Positions 10,628 through 20,602 of a stretch of DNA of 64,000 nt are shown piece after piece. The notes under the pieces were generated by a model. The model was given only the letters and a program-made list of their open reading frames with translations. It did no database searches and was not told the DNA's origin. This DNA comes from Dehalococcoidia bacterium (GTDB lineage: Bacteria; Chloroflexota; Dehalococcoidia; Lucifugimonadales; CAYTFF01): contig OZ252215.1 in the NCBI GenBank assembly GCA_965249025.1, positions 1,807,045-1,871,044 on the forward strand, given 5' to 3'. Numbering within the stretch: position 1 is the first letter of the stretch; each line of letters opens with the position of its first letter. The translations under genes were made by a program, and so were the position numbers.

Positions 10628-10899
10628 CGGCCACCTCAGAGATATTCTACCATATTTCTATAGCAATGGCTCATACCCCTGGATTTCAAGGCTACTTGAG
10701 CTACGGAGTAAATCTAGACACAGAGTCAAGAATATCCTCAAAACGTAAGAGATGTGCGGTGCAAGCTTTCTTAGATGTGGCTCAGGCCAATGCTTGGATA
10801 TAGCTGAGGCTCCCATTCTGGTGCCCCTACATTCCAGAACAGGCGCCCGCAAAGGAGGAGGGTGGGAAGGAATGTCTAATTTGATTGGAGAAGGGCTAT

Positions 10900-11637
10900 C
10901 TATCTGCCGACTGGTCCAGCAGTGACTTTTTCAGCCTTATTTGCAGCGACCTTTTCAAAGTACTCTGTCGCTACGGCCAGGGAAATCACATCCGCGTACT
11001 TCTGATTCATATCGAAGAGATTGATGGCGTGGGAGGCCTCATGGCGGTCGAAGGTGCATTCCTCCACCACGCCCATACGCAGCCTGTAGGAGCACCCGTC
11101 CACGACGGTGGCTCTCACGCAGCCGCTGGTGGTCTCGCCGCAGGCTATTACCGTATCGATACCCTGATGTGTTAGGTACAACATCAGCGGCGTTCCGAAG
11201 AAGGCGCTGGGTGTCGCTTTTTGGATTACGAGCTCTTCTGGCTGAGGTGCTACCTCGTCCACGGTCTGATACTTCATCTTGTGAAGCTCCGGGGGAAGCT
11301 CAATCTGGCGTTTGCGCTTGGAACCCCAGGGCCAAGGACTTGGAAAGTCCGGTATATTGGCACAACAGATCACAGGTATCCTGTTCCCTCGGGCCGCCTT
11401 AAGCAACTCCTGTGTCCTGTATATGGCCTCCCATCCGTCTAGGCCGCAGCTGCTGGGCCACGTCTTTATGGACTCCAGAATAGGCTCTGGCTTGTTTCCC
11501 AGAGCGCCGTAGTAGTCGTCGATGACCAGCACGGCGGGGCTGTTCCCAAAGCCAAAAGGCTCCTTCTTGGCTCCACTTATCTCCAGGTGTTGCTTGTCTC
11601 GCTCCGTGAGAAACTTGTCCCAGACTGCCATATTCAT
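10900..11637 (-). CDS. Isochorismatase-family cysteine hydrolase
   Basis: ..AVLVIDDYYG.. and ..IACGETTSGCVRATVVD.. (catalytic Cys context) are typical of the isochorismatase/amidase family. Starts 24 nt after the upstream LLM gene. Confidence 0.8.
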   Translation of the reverse strand: MNMAVWDKFLTERDKQHLEISGAKKEPFGFGNSPAVLVIDDYYGALGNKPEPILESIKTWPSSCGLDGWEAIYRTQELLKAARGNRIPVICCANIPDFPSPWPWGSKRKRQIELPPELHKMKYQTVDEVAPQPEELVIQKATPSAFFGTPLMLYLTHQGIDTVIACGETTSGCVRATVVDGCSYRLRMGVVEECTFDRHEASHAINLFDMNQKYADVISLAVATEYFEKVAANKAEKVTAGPVGR

Positions 11638-11661
11638 CTCCTGAATAAAGGATGGATGTCC

Positions 11662-12702
11662 CTAGTTGCGGAAATGGGGCATAATCTTGTCCCCTACCGC
11701 TCTCATCATACCCTTCTTGTCAACTATGGTGTACAGGGTGGTGGCAATGGTCTCGATACCCAGTTCCCCTATTTTTTCGACCTTTTCACCGATATCGTCG
11801 GGGGTTCCGGCCATGTGGTAAATATCGATGAGTCGCTTGGTCACCCGCTTCGCTGCGGGCGTGTCAAACCTCTCATGCATGTATGGCTCGTAAACATCGT
11901 ATACACGCTGGCAGTCTTCCATTAGCCATGGGTAGGCCTTCACCATTCGTATTCGCAGCTCTTCTATGGCTGGGTTGTTGCGTTTGAACTGCATTATGGT
12001 GCTCAGGGCACTGTTAACGGCATAACCTGAGACCTCTTTTAGTGCCTCCTCTGTAGTATCCGCAACGTACATCATGGCCCGCGCCCAAACATCAATCTCG
12101 GAGGGGTCCCGTCCCGCCTTCTCTGCGCCTCTCTGTATGTGTTCCAGCTTCCACTTCATGGCGATGGGGTTAACGCCGAAGTTGCTGGACAGTATCACTC
12201 CGTCAGCGATCTCCCCCGCCAGCGCTAGCATACGTGGGCCGCCTCCGCCTATATAGACCTTCAGAGGACGCTTTATCCACTCGGAGTGCATCCTGGCTCC
12301 TTTGAACTCGGCCTCATCTCCGGCGGTGTACCTTTTGATGAACTCTACCGTTTCTCTGACTTCCTTCAGTGTGCTTGGCTTCATGCCCATAGTCCAGACG
12401 GCACTCCAGCCGGCGCCCAGGCCCACGAAGGCGCGTCCTCCGGACAGCTCATCCAAGGTAGCTGTGGCGTTGGCCGTGACCGATGGGTGGCGCGTCACTG
12501 GTACCGTGACGCCATGCCCAATGCGAATACGGTGTGTGTTCACCGCCGCGATGGTAAGCATGGCGTAGATGTCGCGAGACACGTTTTGGGAGTCCAGGAA
12601 GGTCAGGTAGGAAAAGCCACTCTCTTCAGCAGTCCTTGCGATGCCCGCTATCTCGTGAATCCTTTCGTTACGGCCGGTGCCGACGGCGAACTTTATCCTC
12701 AT
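11662..12702 (-). CDS. LLM-class flavin/F420-dependent oxidoreductase, type A paralog
   Basis: 346 aa, alignable end to end with 925-1953 (GRNERIHEIAG, HPSVTANATAT, ..MPHFRN). TGGAGG RBS. Confidence 0.85.
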   Translation of the reverse strand: MRIKFAVGTGRNERIHEIAGIARTAEESGFSYLTFLDSQNVSRDIYAMLTIAAVNTHRIRIGHGVTVPVTRHPSVTANATATLDELSGGRAFVGLGAGWSAVWTMGMKPSTLKEVRETVEFIKRYTAGDEAEFKGARMHSEWIKRPLKVYIGGGGPRMLALAGEIADGVILSSNFGVNPIAMKWKLEHIQRGAEKAGRDPSEIDVWARAMMYVADTTEEALKEVSGYAVNSALSTIMQFKRNNPAIEELRIRMVKAYPWLMEDCQRVYDVYEPYMHERFDTPAAKRVTKRLIDIYHMAGTPDDIGEKVEKIGELGIETIATTLYTIVDKKGMMRAVGDKIMPHFRN

Positions 12703-12732
12703 GGGAAGCCTCCATTCCTTTGTTGATTGGCA

Positions 12733-13683
12733 TTATTTGAAGGCGGGCATAACCTCTTCTGCTAAAATCTGGACCTGCTCTTTCAGTTCGCTATAGCTGG
12801 ATGCGGCGAACCTCTGTGCCGTAAAGTGGTTTATCCCGACATCCCCTAATTTCTGCACCTGTTCGATGACCTCAGAAGGCGTCCCTACTATGTGGTCCTT
12901 TCGATATGAGACGCGGCTCCTGTTAAGACTGTCTACGGCTTCTTGATGGGTCTTGGCTACAGTCAGTGTAACCGACAGGGCTATGTCTATCTCTGATAAG
13001 TCTCTGTTGTGGGTTTCCAACACTGGTTTGAGGGACCCAACTGCGTTTCTTATTTCCTCAGCATTGGGTTTCAAGAAAAGGCCGTTGCCCCACTTCGCTA
13101 CCCTCAACATTGATTGACTTGACGTTCCAGTGAAATATATAGGAAGGGGCTGCTGAACAGGTTTTGGATAGAAGGACAGACTGTCGATCTCGTAGTACTC
13201 GCCTTTGTACTTGGCGTTGTCCTGTGTCAACAACAGTCGCATTACCTCTATTTGCTCGCTCAGTATGTTGCCTCTGTGTCCATTCTTCCATTTCGGGTTG
13301 ACCGCCTCGAACTCGAATCGGCTGCCTCCAAGCCCGACTCCTAGCGCAATACGACCTTTGCTAAATACGTCCAGAGTTGCCAACTGTTTTGCCGCAAATA
13401 CAGGGTCTCGCCATATCAAAACCAAGACACCAATGCCTATACGAATCTTCTTGGTGACTGCGGCTACCTGGGAAATGGTGATGAATGGTTCAAAGAACTG
13501 AGGTGGTTGAGGATCACGGGTGCGAAGGGCCTCGTCTGGCGTTATGTGGTCGTCGGCCCATATGCTGTCGAAACCAGCCTCGTCTGCAAAGGTTGCAAGA
13601 TTGAGAATGTCTTCGGGCCTGGCGAAGCCCTGGGGGTAGTCTTTGCCTTCTCTACAGTTGTGAATCCCAATCCCAAACTTCAC
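12733..13683 (-). CDS. LLM-class flavin/F420-dependent oxidoreductase, type B paralog
   Basis: 316 aa, GTG start with GGGGG RBS. Alignable with 1967-2980 and 45505-46503 (LDVFSKGR.ALGVGLGG). Confidence 0.85.
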   Translation of the reverse strand: MKFGIGIHNCREGKDYPQGFARPEDILNLATFADEAGFDSIWADDHITPDEALRTRDPQPPQFFEPFITISQVAAVTKKIRIGIGVLVLIWRDPVFAAKQLATLDVFSKGRIALGVGLGGSRFEFEAVNPKWKNGHRGNILSEQIEVMRLLLTQDNAKYKGEYYEIDSLSFYPKPVQQPLPIYFTGTSSQSMLRVAKWGNGLFLKPNAEEIRNAVGSLKPVLETHNRDLSEIDIALSVTLTVAKTHQEAVDSLNRSRVSYRKDHIVGTPSEVIEQVQKLGDVGINHFTAQRFAASSYSELKEQVQILAEEVMPAFK

Positions 13684-13859
13684 ATCTTACCCCCTTTAAG
13701 CTCAGTATTCTTTAGGTTTCCTTTGATCAGTATGTATTGGCGCAGCCTCCAGGAGGGGTATTACCATTCTTGCGCAACGCCGTTAGTGTATAGACATACT
13801 AGGGTTTCGACAAGAAGCTGTCTAACTGGTCTTATGCCGATAATCAGCTAAGAAGTCGA

Positions 13860-16154
13860 TCAGTCTTTTTGCGTCAGGGCAAGGAGAACCCTTTCAGGGT
13901 TCATGGGTAGCTCCGTCAGACGTACTCCTATGGCTCTGGCGATGGCGTTTGCGATAGCGCCCATAGGAGTCACGATCCCTATTTCCCCGGTGCCCCGTAC
14001 TCCGTAGGGACTGGCAGGGTTGGGCACTTGGATGAGCTCGGCCTCTATCATCGGCAGGTCCAATGCGGTGGGCATCCGGTAGTCTAACCATGTGGGGTTT
14101 TGCATAATGCCGTCTTTGAAGTCGTACGCTTCATTCAGAGCCCAGCCGATGCCCTGAGCTACTCCGCCTTGTACCTGGCCCTCTACTTGCATTGGGTTAA
14201 TGGCGAACCCGCAGTCCTGGAAGGCGGTGTATTTCAGGATGGTAACCTTTCCAGTATCCGGGTCCACTTCCACATCTACGATATGTGCAGCAAATGAAGG
14301 CGCCAGGGGTAACGACCCCGTCCTGCCGGTCTTGATGATAGGATTTCCGCCAGCGGTGACGCTTGCCTGCCCTAAGTCTGAGAGGCCGACGGAGCGGTCT
14401 TGGTCTGCTTTGCTCTGAACGCGCCCCGACTCGTATTCCACTTGCTCCGTGGGTAAGTCTAGCTCTTCTGCCCCTCGCTTTAGCATCTCCTCCTTCAACT
14501 GGTCACAGGCGTCTTTTATGGCCACGCTCATGATGTAGGTGGTCTTGCTGCCCGCTGCCGTGGGGCCATAGGGTGCTGAGTGGGTATCCAACACCAAGAC
14601 GATGACCTCCTCTGGCGAAATGCCGAACTCCTCGGCCACCATCTGGGTGAAGGCGGTCCTAGTGCCTGTAAGGTCCACCACGCCGACGTTAAGGGAGAGA
14701 GTGCCGTCCGAGTTCAGTTTCAGCGTGGCGCTAGTCGGCTGTCTTCCTCCTATCCACATACCGCAGGCAAGGCCTCGTCCTCGATGCTTGCCAGATATGG
14801 GACGGGTCCAAGCAGGATGACCCTTAATGGCCTCCAGGGTCTCTTGGAAGCCCACCCGTGGCAGTGGAACGCCGTTGGGAAGCTCGTCACCCTCTTGAGA
14901 TACGTTCTTTAGCCTAATCTCCAAGGGATCGATGCCAAGGTTCTCAGCTAGCCTATCTAAGTGGGACTCGACGGCAAAGGCGGTCTGTGGTGCGCCAGGG
15001 GCCCTGTAAGCGCCTACAGGCGGCTTATTGGTCACCACATCGTAGCCTTGGATGTGCAAGTCTGGTATGTTATAGCGGCCTAGGCCAACTGTCGTGGCCG
15101 CGGCTACCGGGCCGCCCGGAAATGCCCCTCCGTCCATGATGACAGTCATGTCGGCGGCTACTATCTTGCCATCTCTGGTTGCCCCCATCTTAAGGTGGAT
15201 TACCGAGGATGCTCCTGGCCTTCCTGCCTGAAACTCCTCGTGTCGCGCCATTACCATCTTGATTGGCTTGCCCGTCTTTAGCGCTAGCAGCGCAGCTATT
15301 GGCTCAAGGATTCCTTGGGTCTTGGAGCCAAAACCTCCCCCGATCTCTGTAGGGATTACCTTTATATGAGTGTGAGGCATCTTCAGAATTTGCGAGAGCT
15401 GGGCTTGAATGCCAAAGGTGCCCTGGGAGCTACTCCAGACCACCAGTTTGCCATCGGCGTTTGGCTTTGCCAAGGTTGCCCTTGGCTCAATATAGCCCTG
15501 ATGCACCATGGCGGTGCGATACGTGTCCTCGATTATTGCATCTGCCTTTTTGAAGCCATCCTCTACGTTGCCTCTATCCATTTCAAGCAAGGTTGCTACG
15601 TTGCTTGGCTGAGTGGGCTGTTTTCCAAGGGTCTGGGTATAAAGCATAGGGTGTAGCAAGGGAGCATCGGGCTTCATTGCCTCCTCGACAGACGTGACCG
15701 CAGGAAGCAATTCATAGTCCACCTCGATGAGCTCAAGGGCTTCTTCAGCAGTGTATAGGCTGTTGGCAGCCACGGCAGCTACAGCTTGTCCCACCCACAG
15801 GACCTTGTTGCTGGCAAATACCGTCTTGGCGGAGCTAGGCCGTTCTCCCGATGACATCTCCTCTTCATGCCCTGGATCGTAGACCACTGGATGGGACACT
15901 TCTGGCGACTTTGCTTGGCCCTTACCGGGATGCCTCAAATCTCCGGCAGTGACGACTGCAGCCACTCCAGGCAAACGCAACGCCTTGGAGAAGTCGATTC
16001 GCTTTATTCTGGCGTGGGGATGAGGCGAGCGTAGTATCTTGCCGTGGAGCATGCCAGGAAGGCTCACATCCGCTCCGTAGACCGCCTGACCAGTTACACG
16101 TTCAAGGCCGTCGACCTTTGGCAGACTTTGACCTAAAGCAGTATGTCCATCCAT
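13860..16154 (-). CDS. Xanthine dehydrogenase/aldehyde oxidase/CO dehydrogenase family molybdopterin-binding large subunit
   Basis: 764 aa; N-terminal ..PKVDGLERVTGQAVYGADV..GMLHGKILRSPHPHARI.. is typical of the family. AGGAGG sits 6 nt before the ATG. Confidence 0.85.
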   Translation of the reverse strand: MDGHTALGQSLPKVDGLERVTGQAVYGADVSLPGMLHGKILRSPHPHARIKRIDFSKALRLPGVAAVVTAGDLRHPGKGQAKSPEVSHPVVYDPGHEEEMSSGERPSSAKTVFASNKVLWVGQAVAAVAANSLYTAEEALELIEVDYELLPAVTSVEEAMKPDAPLLHPMLYTQTLGKQPTQPSNVATLLEMDRGNVEDGFKKADAIIEDTYRTAMVHQGYIEPRATLAKPNADGKLVVWSSSQGTFGIQAQLSQILKMPHTHIKVIPTEIGGGFGSKTQGILEPIAALLALKTGKPIKMVMARHEEFQAGRPGASSVIHLKMGATRDGKIVAADMTVIMDGGAFPGGPVAAATTVGLGRYNIPDLHIQGYDVVTNKPPVGAYRAPGAPQTAFAVESHLDRLAENLGIDPLEIRLKNVSQEGDELPNGVPLPRVGFQETLEAIKGHPAWTRPISGKHRGRGLACGMWIGGRQPTSATLKLNSDGTLSLNVGVVDLTGTRTAFTQMVAEEFGISPEEVIVLVLDTHSAPYGPTAAGSKTTYIMSVAIKDACDQLKEEMLKRGAEELDLPTEQVEYESGRVQSKADQDRSVGLSDLGQASVTAGGNPIIKTGRTGSLPLAPSFAAHIVDVEVDPDTGKVTILKYTAFQDCGFAINPMQVEGQVQGGVAQGIGWALNEAYDFKDGIMQNPTWLDYRMPTALDLPMIEAELIQVPNPASPYGVRGTGEIGIVTPMGAIANAIARAIGVRLTELPMNPERVLLALTQKD

Positions 16155-16400
16155 GGCAGCCTCCTGATGAATTTGTAGACCTTCCTGTAGCAGATAATGT
16201 TACCACCTTTAAGGGTAACTTGAGAGGCAGCCTAGCGGTCAATCGGATGGATGTCAACATTCGATGGCTATGTAGGTGGAGTCTGAGTTGACTTTGTCGT
16301 AGGATGTGATTACGTTATTACCGCTTTGTGTGCTGGATCATTGCGTAGTGGCATTCGATCCCATAGACAGTTAGACAGTCGTAAGGAGGTAAAGAAATCT

Positions 16401-18188
16401 ATGACAAGCATTAAGGATCGTTTTCAGGGTATTCCTTCCAACGCAGCCTACGGCTCCGACATCGTTGTAGACATGATGAGGGCTTATGACATTGAGTATG
16501 TGGCCTTCAACCCCGGCGCTAGCTTCAGGTGGCTTCACGATTCTCTGGCAAACTACGGCGGCAACAAGATGCCGGAGATCATCACCTGCACCCATGAGGA
16601 GACCGCTGTAGCCATAGCCCACGGATACGGCAAGGCCAAAGGTAAGCCCATGGCCGTTATTTGTCACAACGTGGTGGGCCTTCAGCATGCGACAATGGCC
16701 ATTTTCAACGCCTGGTGCGACCGTGTCCCCATCGTCGTGCTTGGTGGGACTGGATATATGGATCATATCCGCCGTCGCCCCATAGAGTGGTACCACTCTG
16801 CCCTCGTCCAGGGGAACATTGTCAGAGACATTGTAAAATGGGACGACCAGCCCTTCTCCATAGGCAGCGTCCCTGAGTCGTTCATAAGGGGTTACAGGAT
16901 TGCAACTACCGAGCCACAGGGACCAGTTTACATATGCTACGATGCCGACATCCAAGCGCCCAAGCTGGAAGAGCCTATGGCAATATCTGATATTACGCGC
17001 TATCCTCCACCATCTCCACAACCAGCCGATCCCGAATCCATTGAGCGGCTAGCCCAGTGGCTGATTGAGGCTGAAAGCCCTGTAATAGTTGCTGACTATG
17101 TAGGAAGGACTGCCAAGGGATACAAGTTGTTGATTGAACTGGCGGATCTTCTTTCTGTGCCAGTGCTAGATAAGGGAGGGAGGCACAACTTCCCATCGAC
17201 TCACCCTCTGGACCTGACTGGGGCAGAAGCAGAGGTCCTGGGTCAGGCAGATCTGTTACTGGCACTGGACGTGAGAGACCTATACGGGACGACTCACTCT
17301 CAGGATATAGCAACTGGGCAATACACTCCTCTTATACACTCTGACATCAAGGTAGCCCATATCTCGCTGTGGGAGCAACGGTTTACCAGTCTGATACCAG
17401 ACCTGAATCGCCTTCATCAGATGGACCTCTTCATGCCGGCCGATACCACGGCCGCTTTGCCTCAGCTTGTAGAGGCTGCCAGGAATGCCTTGTCCAAGGC
17501 AGGATCATCTGTCAAGGAAAAGATGTCTAAGAGGTTTGCCTGGGCAGAAGAAAAACACAACGCCATGCGGCGGCAGTGGCTGGCAAAGGCAAATGAGGCA
17601 AGTAAGGAGAAGCCTATAGCCCTTTCGCACCTGGCGAAGCAGGTATGGGACCAAATAAAGGGCGAAGACTGGGTATTGGTAAACGGAAGCCTGAGGAGCT
17701 GGCCAAGGAACATATGGGACTTTTCTAAGCCAGGCCAATACCTTGGTACCAGTGCTGGTGGCGGACTGGGATATGGCATGGGCGCTTCAATTGGTGCGGC
17801 CCTTGCTCTTAAGGATACAGGTACTATATGCGTGAACTTCCAGAGTGATGGTGACATGCTATTCGCGAACAGTGCTCTGTGGACGGCGGCCCATCACAGA
17901 ATACCTCTTTTGATAGTCACGTATAACAACCGCAGCTACTATAATGATGAAGCACACCAATACAACACCGCCATTGCGCGGGACAGGGACCCTGAGAGAA
18001 GAGGCATTGGGATACACTTGAGAGACCCGGAGGTCAACTTTGCCAAACTCGCCCAGTCCTTTGGAGTTTACGGAGAGGGCCCCATCGAGTCTCCAAAAGA
18101 CATAGCCCCCGCTATAGAGAGGGCGCTGAAAGTCGTTAAAGAGCAGAGGCTCCCTGCCTTGGTGGACGTTGTCTGCCAGAACCAGTAG
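16401..18188 (+). CDS. Thiamine pyrophosphate-dependent enzyme (acetolactate synthase/benzoylformate decarboxylase-like)
   Basis: ATG 16401 is preceded by AAGGAGG (16383-16389); the track start 16326 is a spurious extension. Has the TPP-binding ..SDGDMLFANSALWTA..N.. motif. Confidence 0.85.
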   Translation: MTSIKDRFQGIPSNAAYGSDIVVDMMRAYDIEYVAFNPGASFRWLHDSLANYGGNKMPEIITCTHEETAVAIAHGYGKAKGKPMAVICHNVVGLQHATMAIFNAWCDRVPIVVLGGTGYMDHIRRRPIEWYHSALVQGNIVRDIVKWDDQPFSIGSVPESFIRGYRIATTEPQGPVYICYDADIQAPKLEEPMAISDITRYPPPSPQPADPESIERLAQWLIEAESPVIVADYVGRTAKGYKLLIELADLLSVPVLDKGGRHNFPSTHPLDLTGAEAEVLGQADLLLALDVRDLYGTTHSQDIATGQYTPLIHSDIKVAHISLWEQRFTSLIPDLNRLHQMDLFMPADTTAALPQLVEAARNALSKAGSSVKEKMSKRFAWAEEKHNAMRRQWLAKANEASKEKPIALSHLAKQVWDQIKGEDWVLVNGSLRSWPRNIWDFSKPGQYLGTSAGGGLGYGMGASIGAALALKDTGTICVNFQSDGDMLFANSALWTAAHHRIPLLIVTYNNRSYYNDEAHQYNTAIARDRDPERRGIGIHLRDPEVNFAKLAQSFGVYGEGPIESPKDIAPAIERALKVVKEQRLPALVDVVCQNQ

Positions 18189-18293
18189 TATTGGTTTCGC
18201 TGCATAGGTTAGTCTATCGTGGGGTGAATGGAGACAGGAGCCTCTTACTATATTGGCTTTACATACGGGGATGATAGAAAGATATATAAAGAA

Positions 18294-18322
18294 CAGTGCC
18301 CTCACAAATTGTGAGGGCACTG
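18294..18322. terminator. Bidirectional intrinsic terminator between convergent genes
   Basis: 12-bp perfect stem CAGTGCCCTCAC / GTGAGGGCACTG with loop AAATT. A-rich on the left and T-rich on the right. Confidence 0.7.
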
Positions 18323-18347
18323 TTGATTTCTACCTAGTGTCTATTGT

Positions 18348-19505
18348 TTACGATCTGCTCCGCCTCAGGAAGTAGCCTCCACCTAGTGCTACCATTAGAC
18401 CGGCTAGCGCTAGGATTGCTAGTAGGCCGGAACTAGGGGACACGTCCCCAGTGTCAGGCGGCTTGGCTGTTGGGGTGGGTGCGGCGGTGGCAATAGCCTC
18501 AGGAGTGGCGGTTGGTAGCACTGCCCCAGGCTGGGCCTTTAGAGTCAGGGCGAAGCTACTGAATCTGGAGACCTTAGTAGTAGCCGTCCTATTGGCAAGA
18601 TCTACCGTAGTGTTCAACTCCACCCATTGACCAAGGATCGTATCGTAGCGCAGGATAGCTATTTGACCTCCCGCTAATACCTGATCGACATCTGCCTTAT
18701 CTAGGTTCAGGGTTACTGTGATAGGACTCTTCGCTTCTATCGTAATGGAGTTGCCTGACACATCTTTGAAAGATATGTCTACTATCTTGCTTCCGAGAGC
18801 AAATCCTGCTGGAAGGGAAGGCACATCGCCTGAGCTTTGTGCCATAACGGTAACGAATGCAGACGTGCTGAGCGCTCCTGCTGGAATCGTTACAGATGAA
18901 CTACTGTCTGGGGTGCTCACCGTAGACTTCTCCTGAGGCGTAACGTAGGCCTGGGTAGCACCCTCAGGAGGCACTGGCGTTGTGGCCGGTGCGGCCGCTG
19001 GAGTAGGTGTGACCTCGGCTGGACCAGGCACGGCCGTAGGAGTGGGGGTGGGAAGTGTGACCGTGACCACAGAGTTACTACTCGGTTTGCATGTCTGATT
19101 TGTGGTGGTGTCCATTCCTGTAGCCGTTACCGTGACCGTTCCTCCCGGCACAGTTCCCAAGAAGTCTGTGGTCGCTTGGCCGCTGGAATTAGTGATGCCG
19201 CTGGTAGTGCTGAGGACGCCACTGATGCCAGACATGCTCCAGGTGACTACAACGCCGCTGATGACGGCACTGTTCTTATCCATGGCGGTGTAAGTAAAGG
19301 TCTGGGTCTGGCCAGGCTGAAGGCTTGCTGTATCGGGCAATACCGAACATGAGGCTAACTTGCCTGCTATGGTCGGCGCAGGCGAAACCGTTCCATTATT
19401 CGCCGATACAGAGGTAATCCCTCCATCCTGAATCACCAAAGCAAGCAGGGCTAGGGTGACTGCAATTACTGTCACGATTTTCCACTTATAATTAGTATCT
19501 TTCAT
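18348..19505 (-). CDS. Secreted Ig-like (Big-type) domain protein with Pro/Thr-rich linkers and a C-terminal sorting-signal-like anchor
   Basis: N-terminal signal/TM segment (KIVTVIAVTLALLALV), beta-rich T/S/V repeats and PTPTP linkers. C-terminus is PPDTGD + hydrophobic stretch + RRSRS. Confidence 0.65.
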   Translation of the reverse strand: MKDTNYKWKIVTVIAVTLALLALVIQDGGITSVSANNGTVSPAPTIAGKLASCSVLPDTASLQPGQTQTFTYTAMDKNSAVISGVVVTWSMSGISGVLSTTSGITNSSGQATTDFLGTVPGGTVTVTATGMDTTTNQTCKPSSNSVVTVTLPTPTPTAVPGPAEVTPTPAAAPATTPVPPEGATQAYVTPQEKSTVSTPDSSSSVTIPAGALSTSAFVTVMAQSSGDVPSLPAGFALGSKIVDISFKDVSGNSITIEAKSPITVTLNLDKADVDQVLAGGQIAILRYDTILGQWVELNTTVDLANRTATTKVSRFSSFALTLKAQPGAVLPTATPEAIATAAPTPTAKPPDTGDVSPSSGLLAILALAGLMVALGGGYFLRRSRS

Positions 19506-20019
19506 AGCGCTACCTCTTCCTTTTCTTCAGGCCGATTTTCTTGTTGGTTTGTTGCGAACAACAGTTCTGCGGAAAACATTCCTCAGGTTTATTGACATGA
19601 GACATCGCTCGTTAGTGCAGTAATCTCTCCTTTTATTACGTTTATTGCGTCTTTTGAAAGAGGGATCTACAATCGCTCCTTTATTTATGCCTATTAGGGC
19701 ACAACAATGCGGCTCTTACAAATTCCAACCAAGCTGAATACTAACAATCTTAACTTCCAATTGTCAAGACTCTTAGCGGTTACCTTGGCTTGTTGTATGC
19801 TTGGCAGAACTCTGACGTGATTCTTACGAATCTCTTTGTGTCGACTGGACGAGTATATACTCTAGTTCCAGGTAGTCCAATGTGGTAAGCTTTGGCCTTG
19901 GCGCCACGTACCGGGCTTGTGGTCTTAAAGGGAACCTATTGCGGAAGGTACTCTGGGTTGATATAGACTATCCTTATACGCTATAGAAGGAAGTATGATG
20001 AGCACAAGGTTGAGAGATA

Positions 20020-20048
20020 TTGACAGAATTCGTAGACCCTGCTATATT
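20020..20048 (+). promoter_or_regulatory. Sigma-70-like promoter upstream of the Lrp/AsnC gene
   Basis: TTGACA (20020-20025), 17-nt spacer, TATATT (20043-20048), about 35 nt before ATG 20084. Confidence 0.4.
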
Positions 20049-20083
20049 CCATTCGATACTTTAGTACAGTGGATGAGGTACAG

Positions 20084-20527
20084 ATGGACGAACTAGATAG
20101 AAAAATCGTCTCAATCTTGCAGTCCAATGGACGCGCTTCTAATGCTAAGATAGCACGACAGGTGGGAGTTAGCGAAGGAACGGTGCGTCGTCGTCTGAAA
20201 CGCCTTGTAGAAGACGGAATTATTCATGTGGTAGCTATCCCTGATCCGGCCAAGGTCGGCTACGGTTCGGAAGCAATCGTTGGGATACGTGTCGACCCCG
20301 ATAAGATAGACCAGGTTGCGGACAGCATTGCCCAACTGACGCCTGTCCATTGGGTCGCGGTCACCACTGGAGCCTACGATATCTTTGCTGCAGTGGCCAC
20401 ACCCTCTGCAGAAGAGCTTGGGAAGTTTCTGAGGACCAAGATAGGCACAATAACTGGAGTGCATAGGACGGAGACATTCGTCCAACTTGAAGTCAAGAAG
20501 CGAAACTTCGGCGTAGCCATACAGTAA
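20084..20527 (+). CDS. Lrp/AsnC family transcriptional regulator
   Basis: MDELDRKIVSILQSNGRASNAKIARQVGVSEGTVRRRLKRL.. HTH_AsnC plus a C-terminal RAM-like domain. ATG 20084 with GAGG upstream is preferred over GTG 20069. Confidence 0.85.
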   Translation: MDELDRKIVSILQSNGRASNAKIARQVGVSEGTVRRRLKRLVEDGIIHVVAIPDPAKVGYGSEAIVGIRVDPDKIDQVADSIAQLTPVHWVAVTTGAYDIFAAVATPSAEELGKFLRTKIGTITGVHRTETFVQLEVKKRNFGVAIQ

Positions 20528-20602
20528 AGTCAAGAGCAGACCAACTTTTATTTGCGAGGCTAATTGCGGCTTTCGTTGCTAAATTTGTTTTGGAGGTGTG
20601 CG

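Noticed and set aside
10873-10926. Purine-rich AAAGGAGGAGGGTGGGAAGGA followed by a 17-codon ORF on the plus strand.
   Set aside because: The spacing of the Shine-Dalgarno-like run to the ATG is poor. The ORF overlaps the 3' end of the isochorismatase-family gene on the other strand. It is likely fortuitous.
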